From Thermodesulfobacteriota bacterium (lineage in GTDB: Bacteria; Desulfobacterota; Desulfobacteria; Desulfobacterales; C00003060), in the NCBI GenBank assembly GCA_034189385.1, contig JAXHVD010000008.1:1-64000 (forward strand): DNA of 64,000 bases, written 5' to 3'. The notes below the pieces were generated by a model. It was not told where the DNA came from and made no database searches. It worked only from the letters and a program-made list of their open reading frames with translations. Made by a program: the position numbers and the translations under genes. Within the stretch, counting starts at the first letter, position 1. The number at the start of each line of letters is the position of its first letter. This document shows positions 60,247-64,000 of the stretch, one piece after another.

Positions 60247-61176
60247 TCAGGGAACCAACCACGCAGCACTGTCAGAGATCTTGTTGAGAATATGCCTGGA
60301 GACGCTTCCCATGAAAAAGGCATTGCTTGTACCGGTTCTTCCAACGACAATGGTACCGTATTTTCCTTTCTTGGCTTGCGTCACGATGGCCTTGGCCACG
60401 TCCATGGTGGGTTTGGTTACGCTGATTTCGATCTGTGTCTCACTCAGACCAACTTCTTTAAATTTATCCAAGGCTTGGGCATAGAAACGGTCGATGCACC
60501 GTTTCTCGCCTCTTGCCATTACTTCGCCGGCAGCCCCTTCTTTATCGTCAAAATCAATGGCACAGTAGTCCCTGAACTTTGGTTTCACATGAACTAAGGT
60601 GGCCTTTGCTTCTTCGTTCCCCCCTACCATGAAGCAAAGGTGATCCACAGCCCGAAGTGAGGCCTCAGAGCCATCCACGGCGAGCAGAAGCTTCATGGAG
60701 GTCACATCTCCATCTACTATCCATAGGGGAATCACCCGGGAGTGCTCCACTAATTTCGTGGTGATGCTTCCCATTAAAGTCTCCTGTATTCTGGAGAGCC
60801 CTCTTCTGCCTACAACAATGGCATCAAAAAGACCCTTCTGGGCGCCGTCCAGGATGTCTTTACAAATCCCCATTATCTTTATTTGGGTGGAAGTCTCAAT
60901 GCGCTCCTCTTTGATTCCCATTCTGACCATTCTGGCCTTGTGCTTTTCCAGAACTCTTTGGGCAAGTTCAGTGTTCTTCTGGATGATCTTTTTCAGTTCG
61001 GCCCTGGCCTTGAGATCGGTTTCAGCCTCATCCAAGAGATACTGGGACAGGGTGGGTTGTACATGAAAAAGGGTGTACGTCAGATCTGAGACAACGGTTG
61101 CCATTCTGACGGCATATGTCACTGCGTTGGTTGAATGGATGGATCCGTCCACTGCCAGCAAGATTTTCTTGTCCAT
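60247..61176 (-). CDS. Tandem-domain universal stress protein
   Basis: Two KILLAVDGS...IVVGR domains; paralog of 41967-42896. Confidence 0.92.
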   Translation of the reverse strand: MDKKILLAVDGSIHSTNAVTYAVRMATVVSDLTYTLFHVQPTLSQYLLDEAETDLKARAELKKIIQKNTELAQRVLEKHKARMVRMGIKEERIETSTQIKIMGICKDILDGAQKGLFDAIVVGRRGLSRIQETLMGSITTKLVEHSRVIPLWIVDGDVTSMKLLLAVDGSEASLRAVDHLCFMVGGNEEAKATLVHVKPKFRDYCAIDFDDKEGAAGEVMARGEKRCIDRFYAQALDKFKEVGLSETQIEISVTKPTMDVAKAIVTQAKKGKYGTIVVGRTGTSNAFFMGSVSRHILNKISDSAAWLVP

Positions 61177-61362
61177 AGCACACACTCCTTTGCCTTGATG
61201 GCCCCTATGGTGGATGTGACCCTCAGTCAGACCGACCGGCCATACCCTTCCACGTGCGTTGTCACATCCCTGGATAAGCCAAGCCACCAATTCCATGGGG
61301 CTCTTTGGCCCTCTTTTCACTTACCAAATAGCCGCGACAAGATCGGCTGCTACACTCAAACA

Positions 61363-61503
61363 GCAACGGCTGTGCCAGAAGAAGATGGAGGAGCGAAAAA
61401 ACAACTAATAGTCTGAAATGAGGCGCCCTTGACAAGACCGGGGGGAGCCTCTTGATGGAAGAAAAAGCACGGGCCCCTGTCTCAAATTTTTACATGCTGT
61501 AAA
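61363..61503 (-). promoter_or_regulatory. sigma54 promoter plus enhancer (USP-gpgS unit)
   Basis: TGGCACAGCCGTTGC 61363-61377; TGTCTCAAATTTTTACATGCTGTAAA 61478-61503. Confidence 0.8.
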
Positions 61504-61542
61504 AGGCTGGGCGAAAAGGCTCCCCAGGTGCACGGCAAAACC

Positions 61543-62976
61543 TCAGGTCGAATCGCCTTTCACAGAGGCCTCGATCTGGATGCGATACTTCTCCATTTTG
61601 GATAGAAGGGTGGGCCGGGAAATGCCGAGGAGCTCTGCTGCCTGGCTGCGGTTGCCCCCCGTGTACTTGAGACCTTCTGCGATGAGCATGCCAGCAAAAC
61701 GGTCCATGAGGGTGTTAAACACGTCCTTACCCGTGCCGGCGATCAGGGCATTGCGGATCCATGTGCGTAGTGCGTCAACAGCCGTGTCATCTGGCCCGAC
61801 TGAGACACGCTCGCTCCCCATGACTTTAGAGATGTCCTCCCGACTGATGGGGCCGCCAGGGCTGAAAATCAAGGCCTTTTGCATGGTGTTGGCCAGTTCG
61901 CGGACATTTCCCGGCCAGGGGTGACTGCTGAGCAAGGCGCTGGCAGGTTTGTTTATGCCAGGATTGCCCACGCCCATTTCTGCTGCAAATCGGGCCAGGA
62001 AGTAATCAGCCAGCAGGGGGATGTCGTCTACACGGTCCCGCAAGGGCGGAAGCCACAGGGTCACCACCTTGAGCCGATAGTAGAGATCTTCTCGAAACCG
62101 ACCTTCCCGCAAAGCCGCTTCCAGATCTCGATTGGTGGCAGCAATGATCCGCACGTCCACGGGGATGGGTTCCCTTCCGCCAAGGCGTTCAATACTCTTT
62201 TCCTGCAACAAACGCAGAATCTTGGCCTGGATGCTGAAAGGCATGTCCCCGATTTCATCCAGAAGGATCGTTCCTCGGTCCGCCTGCTGGATCTTTCCTA
62301 CCCGCCGACTTACAGCGCCGGTGAAGGCCCCTTTCTCATATCCAAAGAGCTCGCTTTCCAGAAGGGTTTCAGGGATGGCCACGCAGTTGATGACGAGAAA
62401 GGGTCTATGGGCCCGAAGACCGTGCTGATAGATGGCCCGGGACACCAGTTCCTTGCCCGTACCGGACTCGCCGCGAATGAGCACAGTGGCCTCAGTGGGG
62501 GCCACCCTGCCGATGGCCTTGTAGACATCCTGCATGGCCTTGCTTCGACCGATAAGGGCATCTTCCGTCGTCGTCTCAGGGGCCACATCCATCTTGACCC
62601 GTGATCGCATGAAGCGGCCGGCTTCAAGGGCCTGTTTGATGACGGCCAGCATGTCAGGGATTTCAAAGGGCTTTAAGACGTAGTCATAGGCCCCAAGCTT
62701 GGTGGCTTCAATAGCAGTCTCTGTAGTGCCAAAGGCGGTCATGATAATGACTGGCAGCTTTGGCTCTATGTCGCGCATGGCCTGGAAGGCCTCCAAACCA
62801 CCCATGCCAGGCATACGCACATCCATGATCACCAGGTCAGGCACAGACTCTTCTACCAGGGCCACGCCCTCCTCGCCGGTGGACGCGGCTTGGACACCGT
62901 GGCCCTCTTCCACTAAGAGCTTGCCAAAGCTTTGCCGCAACTGGACGTCGTCGTCAACGATGAGGATCTTAGCCAA
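61543..62976 (-). CDS. NtrC-family sigma54-dependent response regulator
   Basis: REC, GESGTGKE, GAFTGA, WPGNVREL and a Fis HTH. Confidence 0.95.
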   Translation of the reverse strand: MAKILIVDDDVQLRQSFGKLLVEEGHGVQAASTGEEGVALVEESVPDLVIMDVRMPGMGGLEAFQAMRDIEPKLPVIIMTAFGTTETAIEATKLGAYDYVLKPFEIPDMLAVIKQALEAGRFMRSRVKMDVAPETTTEDALIGRSKAMQDVYKAIGRVAPTEATVLIRGESGTGKELVSRAIYQHGLRAHRPFLVINCVAIPETLLESELFGYEKGAFTGAVSRRVGKIQQADRGTILLDEIGDMPFSIQAKILRLLQEKSIERLGGREPIPVDVRIIAATNRDLEAALREGRFREDLYYRLKVVTLWLPPLRDRVDDIPLLADYFLARFAAEMGVGNPGINKPASALLSSHPWPGNVRELANTMQKALIFSPGGPISREDISKVMGSERVSVGPDDTAVDALRTWIRNALIAGTGKDVFNTLMDRFAGMLIAEGLKYTGGNRSQAAELLGISRPTLLSKMEKYRIQIEASVKGDST

Positions 62977-62980
62977 TGTG

Positions 62981-64000
62981 TTACTCCTTGTACGGAAGGG
63001 TGATCTTAAAAGTAGCCCCCTTCCCTTCTTGTGACTTGAGGTTCAACCAACCTCCGTGTTCTTCCACAATGCGGGCTGCGATGCTCAGGCCCAAACCTGT
63101 GCCCTCTTCTTTTACACTAAAAAAGGGTTCAAATAACCTGCCCTGAATCGCTTCTGGAATCCCTGGCCCGTTGTCAGTCACGGCGATGATCGCTACATGT
63201 CCCAGTCGTTCTACTACTTCATCTTGCTCGGAGATCACGATCTTTCCCCCTTTGCCCATGGCTTCGCAAGCGTTGATCAGAAGGTTCACCAGGACCTCTT
63301 TCAACTGCTCCGGATCGACCGAGATTTCAGCAAGGCGCTGTTGACGATCAAGTTTGACCTCGGCGTCGTAGGATTGAAGGCGGTGCTTTAAGAGCTGGAG
63401 GGTCATGTCCACCACGTCTGAAGGGCTGACCTTTTGCATCTTCAGTTTGGGCGGTCGAGAAAACTCCAGAAAGTTCTGAACAATGTTGTCAATATGACGG
63501 ATCTCTTCAGAGATGACGCCCAGGTCCTCTTTCTGCGTACCAGTGGTATCCAGTGTCCTTTCCAACGAAAAGAGCCTCATCTTCACAGAAGTCAAGGGAT
63601 TTCTGATGCTGTGAGCCACCCCTGCCGCCAACTTTCCCACCAGGGCCAACCTTCCCGACTGCAAGAGGTGTTCCTGGCTCCGTTCAAGCTCCGTCTTGGT
63701 GTGACCCATATCTTCCCGCAGGCTGTGGACTTGATGGCTGATGGCCTTCACTTCATTGCCGGGGGCCACGTAGCCTTTCGTATCATGGGCATCTGCGGCC
63801 AACCTGCGAAGGGGGTTTAGAATCTGGGTCACAAGCACAAAGGCCAACAAGGCGCCAAGGAGCATGGCCGTCCAGAGGGCCATGGCGGCGATGACCCGAA
63901 GACGCTTTGCCTGGCCATGACTCCTGTCCTGTGCAAGCCTGATTCTCTCCTTATGGATGTCCTTATGCCCCTGGCACAGTTCCAGGATTCTGAAAAAGTG
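62981..64000 (-). CDS. Membrane sensor histidine kinase (5' end outside window)
   Basis: TM; VAHSIRNPL, NLLINA, DNGPG and GTGLGL. Confidence 0.92.
   Translation of the reverse strand, partial: HFFRILELCQGHKDIHKERIRLAQDRSHGQAKRLRVIAAMALWTAMLLGALLAFVLVTQILNPLRRLAADAHDTKGYVAPGNEVKAISHQVHSLREDMGHTKTELERSQEHLLQSGRLALVGKLAAGVAHSIRNPLTSVKMRLFSLERTLDTTGTQKEDLGVISEEIRHIDNIVQNFLEFSRPPKLKMQKVSPSDVVDMTLQLLKHRLQSYDAEVKLDRQQRLAEISVDPEQLKEVLVNLLINACEAMGKGGKIVISEQDEVVERLGHVAIIAVTDNGPGIPEAIQGRLFEPFFSVKEEGTGLGLSIAARIVEEHGGWLNLKSQEGKGATFKITLPYKE

Overview
Bacterial window, most likely from a sulfate-reducing or syntrophic Desulfobacterota (inferred from gene content). It has three zones. (1) 1-7.4 kb is an AT-richer accessory mosaic: an ISL3 end inserted into an SF2 helicase, integron-cassette relics, an IS30 stub, a PD-(D/E)xK nuclease and a ~1.27 kb duplication, with junctions marked by recurrent GGGGAC/GGGGTC hairpin repeats. 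(2) 7.5-39.3 kb is a redox island: an rseC-rnfCDGEAB-apbE operon, a split-Soret-like cytochrome, an HdrD/HmcF-like Fe-S protein, a decaheme cytochrome with a beta-barrel, an NADH oxidase/CoA-disulfide-reductase-like flavoprotein, many NifB/NifX-domain proteins and two paralogous PAS sigma54 activators. Five genes (probably six) are split in the ORF track by an in-frame TGA that is followed by a SECIS-like hairpin and, in four of the five, sits at a recognised Cys motif position, so they are most likely selenoproteins. (3) 39.9-64 kb is a stress island (USPs, Hsp20, P-type ATPase, CBS, APH/AAA kinase, cNMP-binding proteins, GpgS-like enzyme, porin). Eight sigma54 promoters there are each paired with a conserved enhancer about 95-110 bp away, next to a sigma54 two-component system. 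No rRNA, tRNA or CRISPR array was seen. All calls are by eye from motifs; no database search was run.
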